NCBI GenBank assembly: GCA_964270895.1
Contig: OZ185439.1
Length of the DNA: 64,000 nt
Origin: Podarcis filfolensis
Lineage: Eukaryota
Reading direction: 5' to 3' (one strand)
A program made the translations under genes and the position numbers. The notes below the pieces were generated by a model. That model had not been told where the DNA came from and made no database searches. It worked only from the letters and a program-made list of their open reading frames with translations. Each line of letters opens with the position of its first letter. Within the stretch, counting starts at the first letter, position 1. This document shows, in pieces, positions 37,481 through 50,478 of this stretch.

Positions 37481-38253
37481 CAGTGGTACCTTGGTTTTAG
37501 AACAGTTTAGTTTATGGACAACTTGGAAACAGAACACTGCAAACCTGGAAGTAGGTGTTCCTGTTTGTGAACTTTGCCTTGGAAGCTGAACATGTTCCGC
37601 TTTCTGTTGAGTCTTCCGTTTGTAAATTGAGTACCCCGCTGCTAATCAGAAGCTTCCTGTTGAGTTTGTCGGCTGTTGAGTCCCGAGCACCCATGCAACA
37701 CGGATGTGATATTTGGAGCTTTTGTTTTTGCTATTTTTTGAGTTTTTGTTTGTGTGGCTTTTTGGGTTTTTTGACAGTGACTCGTTCTTCGTTTTATGGG
37801 ACTGGCTTGTGACTGTGGCTTGTGACTTCATTTTTGTGATTGTGGCTTATGACTTCATTTTTGTGACTTGTTTTTGTGACGGTGTGGAACCCAGTTCAGC
37901 TCCTGATTCGTTGTTTGACTGCAGAAATGGGTAAAAGCCCCCATCCAAACAATGATTATCATCAGTGCACGTAAGGGGGAAAAAAATCATTTTAATTTTT
38001 ATCATCTACAATACTGTCTTATTTATTTTATAGTACAGTACATTGATTATTGCTTTCATTTTATGGATCAATTGTCTCATTAGATAGTAAAATTCACGTT
38101 AAATTGCTGATTTAGGGGTTGTTTTTAAAAGTCTGGAACGGATTAATCCATTTTGCATCCCTTTCAATGGGAAAGCGCTCCTTGGTTTTGGAACGCTTTG
38201 GTTTTGGAACAGACTTCCGGAACTGATTAAGTTTGGGAACCAAGGTACCACTG
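37481..38253. mobile_element. Tigger/pogo-like non-autonomous element (773 bp)
   Basis: TA-CAGTGGTACCTTGGTT...AACCAAGGTACCACTG-TA; subterminal GTTTTGGAAC repeats; no transposase ORF recognised. Confidence 0.88.
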
Positions 38254-39147
38254 TAGTCCTTAACAAAAACAAAAGCAGAGTTAGTGGGGAGGACAAGGGG
38301 AATTAAATTTATCCAATGCTGCACATGTGGAGTTCTGCTTGTACAGTGGAACTTCCCTTTTCCATGACTTTCCCCCCTCACACCCCCAAGAACTGGTCTA
38401 GAGTATCCCCCTACTTTCCAGAACAGAGTCTGAGGGTGCACAGAGGAGTGCAGGAGAAGAGAGAGAAAGGAAAAGTTCCTTTGCATGGGCATCATGAGGT
38501 ACAACAGTGCATTTTTTAAAAAAATTAAGAATTCTTTATTACAATGAAATAATTAGCATACATACAAGTACTCCAATAATAAACCCTGAACAGGTCAAAT
38601 TCTATGCATCATATAAAAACAATTACCATACTGCCTTTTATGTAAACATCTCAAGACTCTGTACATTAAAACGTACTGACAGAATGAATTAAATAGTGGT
38701 CAGTCCAAAACAGAAATAGCAAGTTATTACAGTCAACTGCTATCAATATCCAGCAAAGACCTGACATAATAAATAAGTTTTTACCGGACACTGAGATGCC
38801 ATCAATGTTGGCACCTGCCTCAATTCAGGGGGGGGCGTGTTTCTAAAGAGAAGGCACCACTATCAAAAACATTTCAACATATGCCAAGCACATTTGAACC
38901 CAAAGCTCTTCACCAGTGGCCTAACAGAATATCAGACAAATTAAACACTGATTTCAACTACCACGGGGACAGCTGACAATATAAATTTGGCACAGGAAGA
39001 TGAGCTTGAGACCCAGATTAATGAATATAGATGGGCTAGTATGTGGGCTCACCTCCCCTTATGAACTGCCTCTATCAAAATCCAAGACACAGTGCTAAAG
39101 ACACTCCGTAGATGGCACTGGAGTCTTCCATTCACATCAGCCATATA

Positions 39148-39825
39148 CTGTATTTTTCGCTCCATAAGACGCTCCTGACCATAAGACGCACCTAGTTTTT
39201 AGAGGAGGAAAGCAAGGGGGGAAATCTGTCCAGAGCATGGCTTACATGGCTTCTCTCCCACTTCGCGCAGCTCTCACTTTGCTTGCCTATCCCTCCTCCC
39301 TCCTCACTGTAAAAGAGGAGGAGGAGACCGGGACAGGTGCTTTGCTTGTTTTACAGCAAGGCAGGAGGAGAGATGGGCAAGCAAAGCGAGAGCTGCACAA
39401 AGCGGGACAGAAGCCATGTAAGCAGCTCTCGCTTTGCTTGCTCCCATCCATCCCTCCTCCTGCTTCGCTGAGAAGCCTGCAGAGCAAGAGGCACTGCACA
39501 GCTCTTGCTCTTGCCCTGCTGGCTTCAGTAGAGCAGTGCAGCACCTCTTGTTCTGCTGGCTTCCCAGAAAAGCGGGAGGAGGGACGGACGGGAGCCCTTA
39601 CACGGACCCCCTTCTGTCCCTCTTCCCACTTCACTGGGAAGCCAGCAGAGCAAGAGGGACAGACAAGAGCCATGGCTCCAGCTGCAGAGACATCCCTCAG
39701 CTTGTGACTGCAGCAATAGCCGAGGGATCCCTCTGCCGCCCAGTGCATTTGCTCCATATACGCACAGACATTTCCCCTTACTTTTTAGGATGAAAAAAGT
39801 GTGTCTTGTGGAGCGAAAAATACGG
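39148..39825. mobile_element. Tc1/mariner (Tc2-like) MITE (678 bp)
   Basis: 25-bp TIR CTGTATTTTTCGCTCCATAAGACGC / CCGTATTTTTCGCTCCACAAGACAC (3 mismatches) with TA on both sides. Confidence 0.88.
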
Positions 39826-40298
39826 TAGTTTCATCCTTCTGCTGGCAGTGCTGTAAAACCATAGGTTCTTTTTTACATATGTGGTGGGTGGGTGCACTGG
39901 TCAAAAACTTTTGGGATATTGTTTTGGATAAAATTTCTGACATAACTGGACAAACAATCCCCTCCACCGCAGCATTTGCTGTCTTATCCTTCACCGAGCA
40001 ACTGGAAGCAAGATTTATAAGAACCAAGTAATACTGCTTCATGGAAACATGAAGGCAGTCTCTCTTTAGAGAGATGGATGGCCAAAGACTAGGGCATGGC
40101 CTTATCTGAAAAGTTAATGCAGCACAGCAGGATAGTGTGTGGTCTTTTTCGCCATGGGAAATTTGACAGTATAGGGTATCCCTTCATCACATATATCAAC
40201 AGATCTCTTTCATTGTTTTCTCCCCCACTTACCCACATTTCATTCTGGCAAAGTTCCATAAGATGAGCAGACACAGTGATTTAGCCTTAGACATCCCT

Positions 40299-40543
40299 TA
40301 GGGTTGCCATATTTCAAGAAGTAAAAATCCAGACACAAAAGGTTGCTGAGCTTTCCTAGGGCAATCGTCCAATTGCCCCACTGCCAAGCCAGAGCCTGAA
40401 ACTGAGCTGCCCGGGGACATTTAACACAAATCAAATCCATAATCCAAGACATTTGCTTTCAAATATAAAATTATCCCTGGGTGGGCATGTAGGATTCCCA
40501 AAAGAGGACATGTCTGGGAATCCCCGGATACATGGCAACCCTA
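40299..40543. mobile_element. hAT (Blackjack-like) MITE
   Basis: Perfect 12-bp TIR TAGGGTTGCCAT...ATGGCAACCCTA; TSD not preserved. Confidence 0.75.
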
Positions 40544-42159
40544 CCTTTACTCTTCAGCATAATGCGTATTAAGTTAAGGCAGAGCTCTTTACTGTTTGTA
40601 ATTCTGCTTACCTTTATAGTCCAGTCTCAACTGCATTCATTTTAATACATGATTTACTTGCTTCTTTTATTGGAAAAAAAAACCACAAAAAGGAAAGAAA
40701 GAAATTAAGCATGGGCAATCAGTAAGACAGACCGACCGACTGACCCTTCTAGGATACATGTTGGCTTCGACTCTTTCACACAACTCTTTCAGCCTCTGTT
40801 GAGTCCCATCTCCATGGATGCAGCACTTCTACCCAAGAATTTTAAGACAGGTGAGGCAATACTGAGAAAGATAGAATTGCTGAGAAGGGTGAACCGGGTC
40901 ACAGTGGAACTGAAGTCCAGACTTCCACAACATCACTGGCCCCATCTACACTGAGTGAGGGAGAACTGATATGTGATGGGATGGCCAGCTGCAAGTATAA
41001 TGCAACAAGCCAGACTTTATCTCATGGATTGCACAGGTGCTGCCTATAAGGACCAAAGATTCTGGCAATAAACCCTGAAGGAGTTGCCAAGTTAGACAAT
41101 GTGCTCGTTGATTTTTAGAGAGGAGGGGGACCTTCCTTCCTTCCTTCCTTGCTGCAACATTTGCAAACTTCAGATTTTGATTGTCAGTTATTACATATGG
41201 CACTTCCTCCCCATCCATTTGAGGGTCACAGTCTAAATCCTTGGAGAGAAATCTTACTAGATAATTAGGTAGATGTGCGATCAGCTGTGCAAGAGTCCAT
41301 CACACATGTTTATGAAGCCTTAAATTATATATTTTAAAACCCACAAAACTGATTGTTTCAGGTCCCTTCTGCAGCTATCCAGTGGAAAATAAATGACAAG
41401 TATCTAATTTTTGCTTTCTCCTGGTTCAGCTTTCAAGAGGGGGCCCTTGCCATTCCCACCCTCAGTATGTACACAAACATACAGCCCCATATATTATGGG
41501 ATAGGGTAGTTGTCTCTTCTCTGAGAGACATTTGTGTCATCTGGTTTATGGGACTCCTGTGAATTATCTGGCAGGCAATGTGGTAATTGAATATTTAGAC
41601 TAACTAGGTTACATTCTCTTGTGGTCTAGCAAGCATTTATTTTGCTGATGTCTTGAAGAGTTTTTTAAATGCTGCAAGAAAAAACCCACCGTTGCATCAG
41701 AATAAACAGTTCTAAGTGGAGTTGCAGAGAGATTTTCGGGTGTTTGTGAACTTTCTAGTTGTGATAGAAATATAGCTTCAGAGATACCTGAGATATAGGA
41801 GCCTTGAAGATCCCTAAAGACACACTAAATTCCAAGTCTCTCTACCATGGGGAGGGAATCGATAATACTCTGGTTTATGAAGGACAGGGTGATTAATGAA
41901 ACAGAAAATGAGTCACTTCTTTTATTCACTTAGCCTACAGTCCTGCACACAGTTTGTCTGCTTAAATCCATCTGAAGTCATTGGAAGTTTAAAAACCCAA
42001 GTGTATGCAGGGCTGCAGCCACAGATTGTTTTGGATCATTTAAAATTAAAAGGAAATAATTTCCAAAAGGTCCAGTTCGATTCTCTATCACAGGAGCCAT
42101 CACCAATATCAGAATCTGTAGGGGACTCATAGAATCATACAATGCAGGAATCTCAACAT

Positions 42160-42205
42160 GCGGTCTCCCATCCAATTGGAAACCATACCAGGCCCTGCTT
42201 AGCTT
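42160..42205 (-). pseudogene. 5S rRNA-derived fragment covering the internal promoter region
   Basis: GCGGTCTCCCATCCAA...CCCTGCTTAGCTT matches the reverse complement of vertebrate 5S (recalled sequence) at 38/46 positions. Confidence 0.65.
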
Positions 42206-42312
42206 TGCAAATGCGCTAACAGTTTTATTGCTGCACCACTATGAGGACACAGAGAAGAATAAACTAGAGATATTGAGCTTAATCCCCATGGGTAGTTCCA
42301 CTTGATACTAGC

Positions 42313-42643
42313 CAGAGGCCTTAGCTTGTGAGCACGTTGGGAGGGCCAATGTCACACACGTCAAGATGTTGGGAAGAGCTGGGGGCTGGGCCAAACATGG
42401 CAGCTGTGTGGCATCAACGGTCGGCAGCTCCTCCTGGTGCCATCCCTGCGGGGAAGCTGCTTCAACCTTCCTTCCCCTCCAGAGCAGCAGAAAGAGATAG
42501 AGCCGGCCACTAGATACACACTACGCCATGCTCAGCTCTGCGCATCGCCTCAGTGCCTTTGGGACATTGGGGAGAGGGTGGTCCCAACCCCCAAAATATT
42601 GAAGAGGCCCAAAGGGCTCAGCCCCCACGAGCTGGTGCCTCTG
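42313..42643. mobile_element. hAT MITE (331 bp)
   Basis: TIR CAGAGGCCTTAGCT / CAGAGGCACCAGCT; TSD ATACTAGC/ATATTAGC (7/8). Confidence 0.72.
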
Positions 42644-42820
42644 ATATTAGCACAAAACTGGGCTCCACATTGGCGTATAATTCGATGGCTACCACAAGCA
42701 TTAATGTACATGGTCTGGGTGAAATGTTGTGCTTGGGAAAGGAGACCATTTCGAGGTAGGTGCCAGACTTTTCAATTGCCCAAGAAGCAATTTGGAGATC
42801 CATGGGGGCAGTTGCTGGAT

Positions 42821-42872
<52 letters not shown>
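42821..42872. repeat. Compound (TC)n(AC)n microsatellite
   Basis: Direct reading of the sequence. Confidence 0.95.
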
Positions 42873-42876
<4 letters not shown>

Positions 42877-42889
42877 TGACTCATGGTCC

Positions 42890-43075
42890 CATGGGGAAGG
42901 GCTGTATCTCAGAGGGAGAGCACCTGCCAAGTTCAATCCCGGACACCTCCACGTAGAACTGGCAATGTCCCCTGTCCAAAATCCTGGATTGCCACTGCTA
43001 GTCAGTATAGACAGTACAGACCACAAGGTGGGGAATAGGCCAACTCAATATAAGGCAGTTTCCTGTGCTCCTATT
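42890..43075 (+). mobile_element. Old tRNA-derived SINE (family D)
   Basis: B-box-like AAGTTCAATCCC, AGTCAGTATAGACAGTAC and the end CAATATAAGGCAGTTTCCTGTG. Confidence 0.55.
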
Positions 43076-43706
43076 TCTTACATGAACAATCATTTCCTGG
43101 AAAAGTGGGGAAAGAATTCATCTCCTTTCAGGCTAATTTCTTAGGAATTATGACAGAGAAAGCTGAGACAGAAATCCTCTCACGTGGAAATGCATGATTC
43201 CATCAATATCAAGCCCTAGTATTTGTCTACACTCTTCAGCAACCACCTCCCGCCATTTTCCCATTCTATTTTCCCATTTCTCATTCTATTTACAAGCTAT
43301 AATATTTTTCTGTAATGTGTTTATTCCATTTATTTCCAGGAAATCATAATACTAAATAAATATAATTGAACTGAATGTGTATAAAGCAAAAGGAAGATAT
43401 TAAAATTGGATACAATAAAGTGAGTTAAATACAACTGCGGTTTAAAATGCTTCATGGTTCTGAGCATGGTTATTGTTTACCAGATATGCAAACATAGCCA
43501 CTGGATTCATTTTATCATATTTATTTCCCAGGAGAAAGATATTCTTTTCTGCAATGGAAATTTAAAATCAGAGGATAGATTTACTTTAGAGTCTGGTACA
43601 CAACTGAAAACTATACAAAGATCCTCAATTATACCAAGTGAATAAAACAACAGGAACTATTGTTTGTCAGGAGATACAGATACATGCATTATATAACCTG
43701 ACACTG

Positions 43707-44107
43707 CAATTTAATATTGGATAGCTGTGTATTCCAAGATGCCGTTTCTGAATAAATCAATCCCAGATATTTAAACGTATTAACTTGGTTTATGATGTGT
43801 TCATCCAGGGGCCAAACATGCTTTTTAGGGCGCTTCCCAAATACAATGACCTGCGTCTTATCGTAGTTTATAGATAAAGCATTCCTCGTGCAATATGAAC
43901 TTAATTTTGCAAGCAGCCGTCTCAGGCCCACCTGGGTTCTAGATACAAGTACTAGGTCATCAGCATACATTAAGACCAAGAGTTTTTGATCGAGAATTGT
44001 GACAGGGGCAAACCGTAGGCCTTCCAGTTCTTTAACCATGTCATTAATATAAAAATTAAACAGGAAAGGTGCCAAAATGCATCCCTGTTTGACTCCAGTA
44101 ATGGTCT
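43707..44107 (-). mobile_element. Internal reverse-transcriptase fragment of a non-LTR retrotransposon (RTEX-like)
   Basis: Open frame with GVKQGCILAPFLFNFYIND, LMYADDLVL, INYDKTQVIVF and FKYLG; flanked by the direct repeat TAACCTGACACTG (43694-43706 and 44108-44120). Confidence 0.85.
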
Positions 44108-44166
44108 TAACCTGACACTGTAGTCTAAAGGCATAAAAAATATACACTGGAATATTGACATCCTCA

Positions 44167-44636
44167 TCATAGAATCACAGAATCAGAATTGGGATGTCCG
44201 CAAGGGTCATCTAGTCCAACCCCCTGCAATGCAGAAATTTCAGCAAAAGCATCCATGACAGATGGCCATCTGCTTAACAGACTCCAAGGAAGGAGAGCCC
44301 ACAGCCTCCCAGGAGAATCCATACCACTGTCAAACAGCACTTACTGTCAGAAAGTTTTTCCTAATGTTTGGTTGGAATCTCCTTTCTTGTAACTTAAAGT
44401 TATTGGATCAATTCCTGCCCTCTGAAGCAGGAGAAAACAGGTTTGTTCCCTCTTCCATGTGACAGCCCTTGAGGTATTTGAAGATGGCTATCATATCTCC
44501 TGTCAGTCTTCTTTTTTCCAGACTAAACATACCCAAGCTCTCTCAATCGTTCCTCAAAAGGCTTGGTTTCCAGACCCTTTATCATCTTGATCACTTTCTT
44601 CTACACACATTCCAGTTTGTCAATATCCTTCTTAAA
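44167..44636 (-). mobile_element. CR1 LINE, 5'-truncated 3' end
   Basis: Reverse tail CATAGAATCACAGAATC, GGTCATCTAGTCCAACCCCCTGC, and degenerate ORF2 3' sequence (CAGCCCTTGAGGTATTTGAAGA). Confidence 0.85.
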
Positions 44637-46123
44637 TCCTATTTCTATACCTTACTATATCATGTATGGCAGATATTAAGACTGCAACTCTATACCCACT
44701 TATCTGGGAGTTTGCCCCAATGAACTCTATTGAACTTAGTTCCGAGTAGACAAGAGTAAGATTGTACTATGAAGATACTGATTGAGTTGCAGAACGTTGC
44801 TTTAGGGATTTCTATGAAACTTCATACAACCCAGGTCAGATATACACCAAAACAACCCTAGCATTAACTTCCAGTACATCTTCAGCCTCCTTCACACATT
44901 ATATGCATGAAGAGGGTACCCATGTTCAAGGAGGTAGTGGAACTCCACCATTGGCCTGCCTCCTGGTGTCCATGCATTGAGTTTGAACATCTGAGCAGAG
45001 GAAACCTGTGTACTAAAAATCTGCATGCATAGGTATCACCATAGCTCAGATGTCCGCTCAATGCATGGATGTTAGGGAGCAGGGAAGATACCCTATATTA
45101 ATATGTAAACAGTTTACAAGCATAATCTGTGAGGAGGGCTTTCTTGAGTGGGTATATTGAGGATATCCTCAGCAGGATGGCATCCAGCAAGAGAACATTA
45201 TGGCCCAATTCAGGCATGTTAAGGCTTATGCCAAGCTATGCATGCCTTTTGATTGCATGCTCCATCCTTGCACTCTCTTCCATCCTCCCTTCTCAGCACA
45301 TTGCAATTCAACACGTCTTGGATTAATTAACCATAGTTTAATTAACCATAGTGTATACATAGATGGCTCTTCTGAAATAATTACATTCCATTGTGAGCCA
45401 GGAAATTATTGTTACTAGGATCCAAACGTCACTATTCAAAGTTGGTCTATGATCTTAGCCAGGTAACCATAGTTTTCTCAATTTAGATGCAGTGGGAAAC
45501 TATGGTTCATTAACCCAGCAAGTGCTGAATTATGATGTATTATGAAGGAAGGCAGGAAGGGGTGGTGCAAAGACTGGGAATGTGGGCACAAGGCTTCTGC
45601 ACATCTTGACTTAATAAGCAAGGGCACACATCCAAAACTGGGTGCTGTTTGGATTTACAAAGAGCTACAAGAAAGAAAGAAAAACCTCAAAATAGGATGA
45701 TACCATTTTCTGGTGTCCTATCAATCCCACCTACCTAACTTTAGCCTGAGGCTTTACTGGACTTTCTTTCACATAGGAAGAGTGAGTTTCCAGTTAGTAT
45801 ATGCGTGTTGCCTGGCCCTTCATATGCACATCCAGCAATGGCATTACCCGTGACACAAAGAGCATACACTGCACCAGACTTAGAGGACGATAAGGCTGCA
45901 GCTCTGTCCTTGTGGGAAGAACTGCCAGAACCATCTTCAAGAGCCAACCAAAGAACACAGCCTTGCCACCTTCCTCTGATTTAGAGGAGGAATCTACCAT
46001 AGTACCTTTACTTCCCACGCTGCAGTCCTGCAATAGCAAAAGACTGCAAAACAAGGACTGCAAAACTGCATTACACCCCTGCCAATATTCTTCACTGTAA
46101 TTGCTGAATCCTGGAAAGACTTT

Positions 46124-46357
46124 TTGTTGTTGTTTAGTCGTGTCCTACTCTTCGTGACCCCATGGACCAGAGCACGCCAGACAGTCCTGTCTTCCACTGC
46201 CTCCCGCAGTTTGGTCAAACTCATGCTGGTAGCTTCGAGAAAACTATCCAACCATCTCGTCGCCCCCTTCTCCTTGTGCCCTCCATCTTTCCCAAAATCA
46301 GGGTCTTTTCCAGGGAGTCTTCTCTTCTCATGAGGTGGCCAAAGTATTGGAGTCTCA
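46124..46357 (-). mobile_element. Bov-B (RTE) LINE, short 3' fragment
   Basis: Nearly identical to 14923-15255; encodes ..SFLEATSMSLTKLREAVEDRTVWRALVHGVTKSRTRL; has a 7-bp deletion relative to that copy. Confidence 0.93.
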
Positions 46358-49300
46358 AGATTTACATGTGAGTAAATGTTATATTTTCTTATGCTTACTA
46401 CACATTCTGTTGCCTGGTTATTTTTGTGGGAGGGGAAAGAGGGTGAACCCAGACTGCTGGGGCAGCCTGGGTAAGAATATTTAAGGCTAAGCAGCCTAGT
46501 TTCAAGTTTCCATTTTGCTCTGCAAAGGGATGGTAATATTTTAACAAAGAAAGGCTAAAACTCCAAACCTCACTCAAGTGAGACTGTGGAGATAATCCTC
46601 TCCTCCTTAATCAAAATCCATCCAATAAATTGTAGCCCAACAATATCTAGAGGGCCAGAGGTTCCTTACTACTGCTGCACTAGTGTAGGGCACATGATTT
46701 GCTTGGGTTAATCTGGGGGTCATTCCCTGGCATCAGCAATGAAAGGACATCAGGATCGAGCTATAAGTTGCATGTGACATTTTCTTGATATTTGTTTTTA
46801 ATGAAAAACAGCCTTCAGAGGCTGAAAATTTGATCTGAGAAGCAGAAGGGGAGAAGCAGCCCTTTCGTTTAGGGCTTTAGCTGATCAGAATTGTCCTCTC
46901 TGACCTGCTTTTCCCCATGAGGCACTTCTTAGCTGGAAAATGATCAGCAGGAAAGGCTTGGTTTTTCCTTAAAATCTCACCACTCTCAATAGCATCCTCC
47001 CAAAACTGCTTAAAAAACAAGAAGCATTGGGAGACAGTTACCTACATCTTAGTGGTCATGCCTAGTCTGACCCACAGATAGCTGAGCCGGGAATCACCTC
47101 TCTCTGCCCGAGACTACTGACAGCCAGCTTCTTAGATTCTCACAAATTACTGCTCTGTGATAAATTTCTGTTAGCTAATGATTCCTATAAAACAGAGCCA
47201 TCCTTCATTTTAGCATTTTGCTCAATACAAATAAATGCATCTAATTTCTTTTACCATATCTTTTTCCCAGGGTAACCAGTTGTTGATTGGATATTGTTGT
47301 AGCTCAGCATACACATTTGTTACAGAAACAGACCATTAATTAGGGAATGTATCATTTGAACTGGGCCATCATCCTTCTACCTGGATTTGTGCACAAATAC
47401 ACCATTAAGAATGACGAGAACCCGCCTGCGCAAGGTGGAAAAAACACGTCCCCAGCACGATTTCTAATCTGATAGTAATGATACATTTTATCATGTTAAT
47501 GATTTACCTTCTATTCTTGGGCCTTTTCTTCTCGTTGACTGCTCTGTTAAAGGGGGAAGGGGAGTGTTTGAATAAGAAATCTTGGTGGTATACGTAAATG
47601 GACTTTGTATTCACCTGGGCCTTGGTAGTTATTATGCTACGTTATGAAAACCATATAGGTTTGTAAAATAATGTTCATAAAATGTTTGTCTTCCACCCCA
47701 TAAATGAGGGGCCTGAACAGCACGAAAAAAGGGAGTAGCGTGCTGCCTCCAATTCTCACTGAGGACTGGGCAAGACACCCCAGATCATGAGACACACACA
47801 CACACACCCTCCCCAGGCCTTTTGGAGGGCTCAGTAGTAGAGCATGCTTTTAATCAGAAATGCAAACAAGTCTGCATATAAGTTTTTCCATCTAAACTGG
47901 TAGTATGAGGTAGGATCCACATCAAAGAAAAGGAAAGAAGTACCCAGATTCTGATTACCTATTTTCCTCATTCTCTGACTACCGCTATGCTAATCTGTCA
48001 CAAATAAACTTGAAAACCTCATTGTCATCTCATTCATTAGCCAGATCAGGGAAGAGCCACCCATTACCTTGGCATCCCAGCAGATAATATCAAGAGTCCT
48101 GCCAGGAAAAAGGTTTCAGAGCTCTCCCTTGCCTCTCCCTTTCTATACCGCTGTTGTCATATATATTTTTCACCTTTCTGGGTGAACATCTGTCTGTTGC
48201 TCCTCCACAGCAGGCTAGCATAGGCCATTTATGCTTCCTAGCTTACAGCGAAATAACACAAGCACCATGTTGGATGTCTGTGTTGTCTTTGTGGTGGCAC
48301 TGTGGGTCAGCTCTTCTTCTAACTCACTCAGCCAAGCTATGTGGCCTTGCCCTGGCAACCTCCCATTCCTTTAGTGCCACTGGAGCTGTGACAGGCTGTC
48401 TTTGTTGGACTCTTCACAGGCTGGACTCATGTCACTCCATCATATTATTGATGGAGAACCCCATCAATAATATGATGGATTTTCCTATCAGATTTTGATG
48501 CGTCAGGCTATCTGTGCTGGTTGCCCGAGGCATTTCTGGCCAGATCCTTGGACTTGCTGGTGCGGACTGTAAAGTATAATGAAAACTGGAGAAAGTTCAC
48601 CATTGAGACTATACATGCACATAGGGACTCTGAGACCCTGACTCAACAGGGGACACCTGAGATTTCATGCTTGGGTAAATGAATTCAAGCTAGGTTTACT
48701 ACACTGCCTCAGAAAGCACCTCAGCTAATACTAACCGTGTCCAAACAAATCCTGAGCATCCACAATTACTGTTTTGCTTTCATTCATTTGCAAACAAAAT
48801 CTCCATGCTCCTGTTTTCCGTTGGCCAGTGTGGACCATATAATCCACAGATGCCAGAAGTGTATGTAGTCCATTCATTTCATTGGCTCACATCACCCTAC
48901 ATGTGCCAACTGAGGCTAGCAATCCGTGTTTCTGATGGGATTTCGTCCACAAAGGCTTATGACATGATAAATCTGCCAGCCTTTTGAGGCGTCACACAAA
49001 TCTATTTCTTGTGTTAAGAGCATTCAGGCAGTTTAAAGCTGAATTGCAGCATCAGACACTTCCAACGTGTTTTGGAGTTTCAAACAAGAACATTTGATTC
49101 GGGGTCAAATCGTTCCAGATTAGTTATACAATTATAATGGGCTTCTCCTGCTTCTCTTTATGAATCATTTATATACTCATTTATCTACACAATTTCTCTC
49201 AATGGTTTCTGACATACCAGTGGATGCAGGCTTTCCACAAACTAGTTCCTTGATTATGTTGTTAGCTCTTCCTTATTGGATGCTGTATGACTGTGCCCCT

Positions 49301-50478
49301 TATGTTCCTATATCACTGCTTATGACTGACTCCTTACGACTAATTAGAAACAGTTATACAAATACGTATAACTGAATGGTACATAATTGTGTCATGTACC
49401 AACATAGCCAGCCACGGCAACGTTTTATGGAGCAAATCTATCCTGGAATGGAGTGTGACCATTCTTATTCCATAGTTCAGTTCATTATCCTGTGAACTAG
49501 TGAAAGCTTTTGTGGTACTTTCAGAGCAGGAGCAACAACAGTCCTTCTGGTCAATCTAATCATCCCATTTGCCCATGATTTCTTCTTGTGAATATTTTTA
49601 CAGTGCAGTTCTATACAGTAAAGCTGCATTATTAGCTACATTTATAGCACAATCCCATGAATGTCTACTCAGAAGTAAAGCACATACTCCCACCTAAGTG
49701 AGTATAGGATTGCAGGTTTCGTTTCTGGAAACATACTGTATATGTTAAGATGCAAATAAGCAATTCTGACATGATTACATAGGGGTGAAAAGGAAATGTT
49801 TAAGCATGACTCACTAATGCAAAAAGAATGGCTTTGTTTTCCATCTTTAATGTCAGCAGATATATGAGTGAAGTGGAAGGCATATGGCCAACAGCACATT
49901 CTACTGCATATTTGAAGTTTAGACAAGCTTTAATAATCTGCCTCTTTCTGGAATTGTGTTCCCTGAATATAGAAGCAAAAAAACAAATTTCCAAAGGGTT
50001 TGGGAACATTCTCCCCAGTTAGGCAAATGTGATGTTCCATCTGGCTACAAATATGTTTATATATTTTAACCTGAGATTTTAATGTTGGTTTAAGTAAACC
50101 AGTTTGCTTGGCAATGGAGCAACAACAACAAGCAACTTATTTGACCATGCTATTGAGCTCCACGCATGTTTTTTCTCCATTGTCAAATGACTATCTGTAG
50201 GTCAGATTTCCCCTCCATACCTGATAAAGCAGGCTTATCCCTGTGAAAACCCAATTAACTTATATGGTGTCCTGGCACATTGTGCCATTCATAGTGGATG
50301 GACTTTCAAAAGAATCCTAATTCTTAGGATGCAACCCTACATGTACATACTTGGGATTTAGTCTCATTGAACTCAAAAGAACATCATTCTGAATAGACAT
50401 TGATAAGATTGCATTTTAAGTTATGCAATCCTGTGCCCACTTGCCTGTCATTAAGCTCAATAGGACTGACTTCTTGGT

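Noticed and set aside
39237-39793. 156-aa ORFs on both strands
   Set aside because: They lie inside a GC-rich MITE and contain no transposase motifs.
42437-43144. 235-aa ORF
   Set aside because: It runs through a MITE, a (TC)n(AC)n microsatellite and a SINE, so it is a chance chimera.
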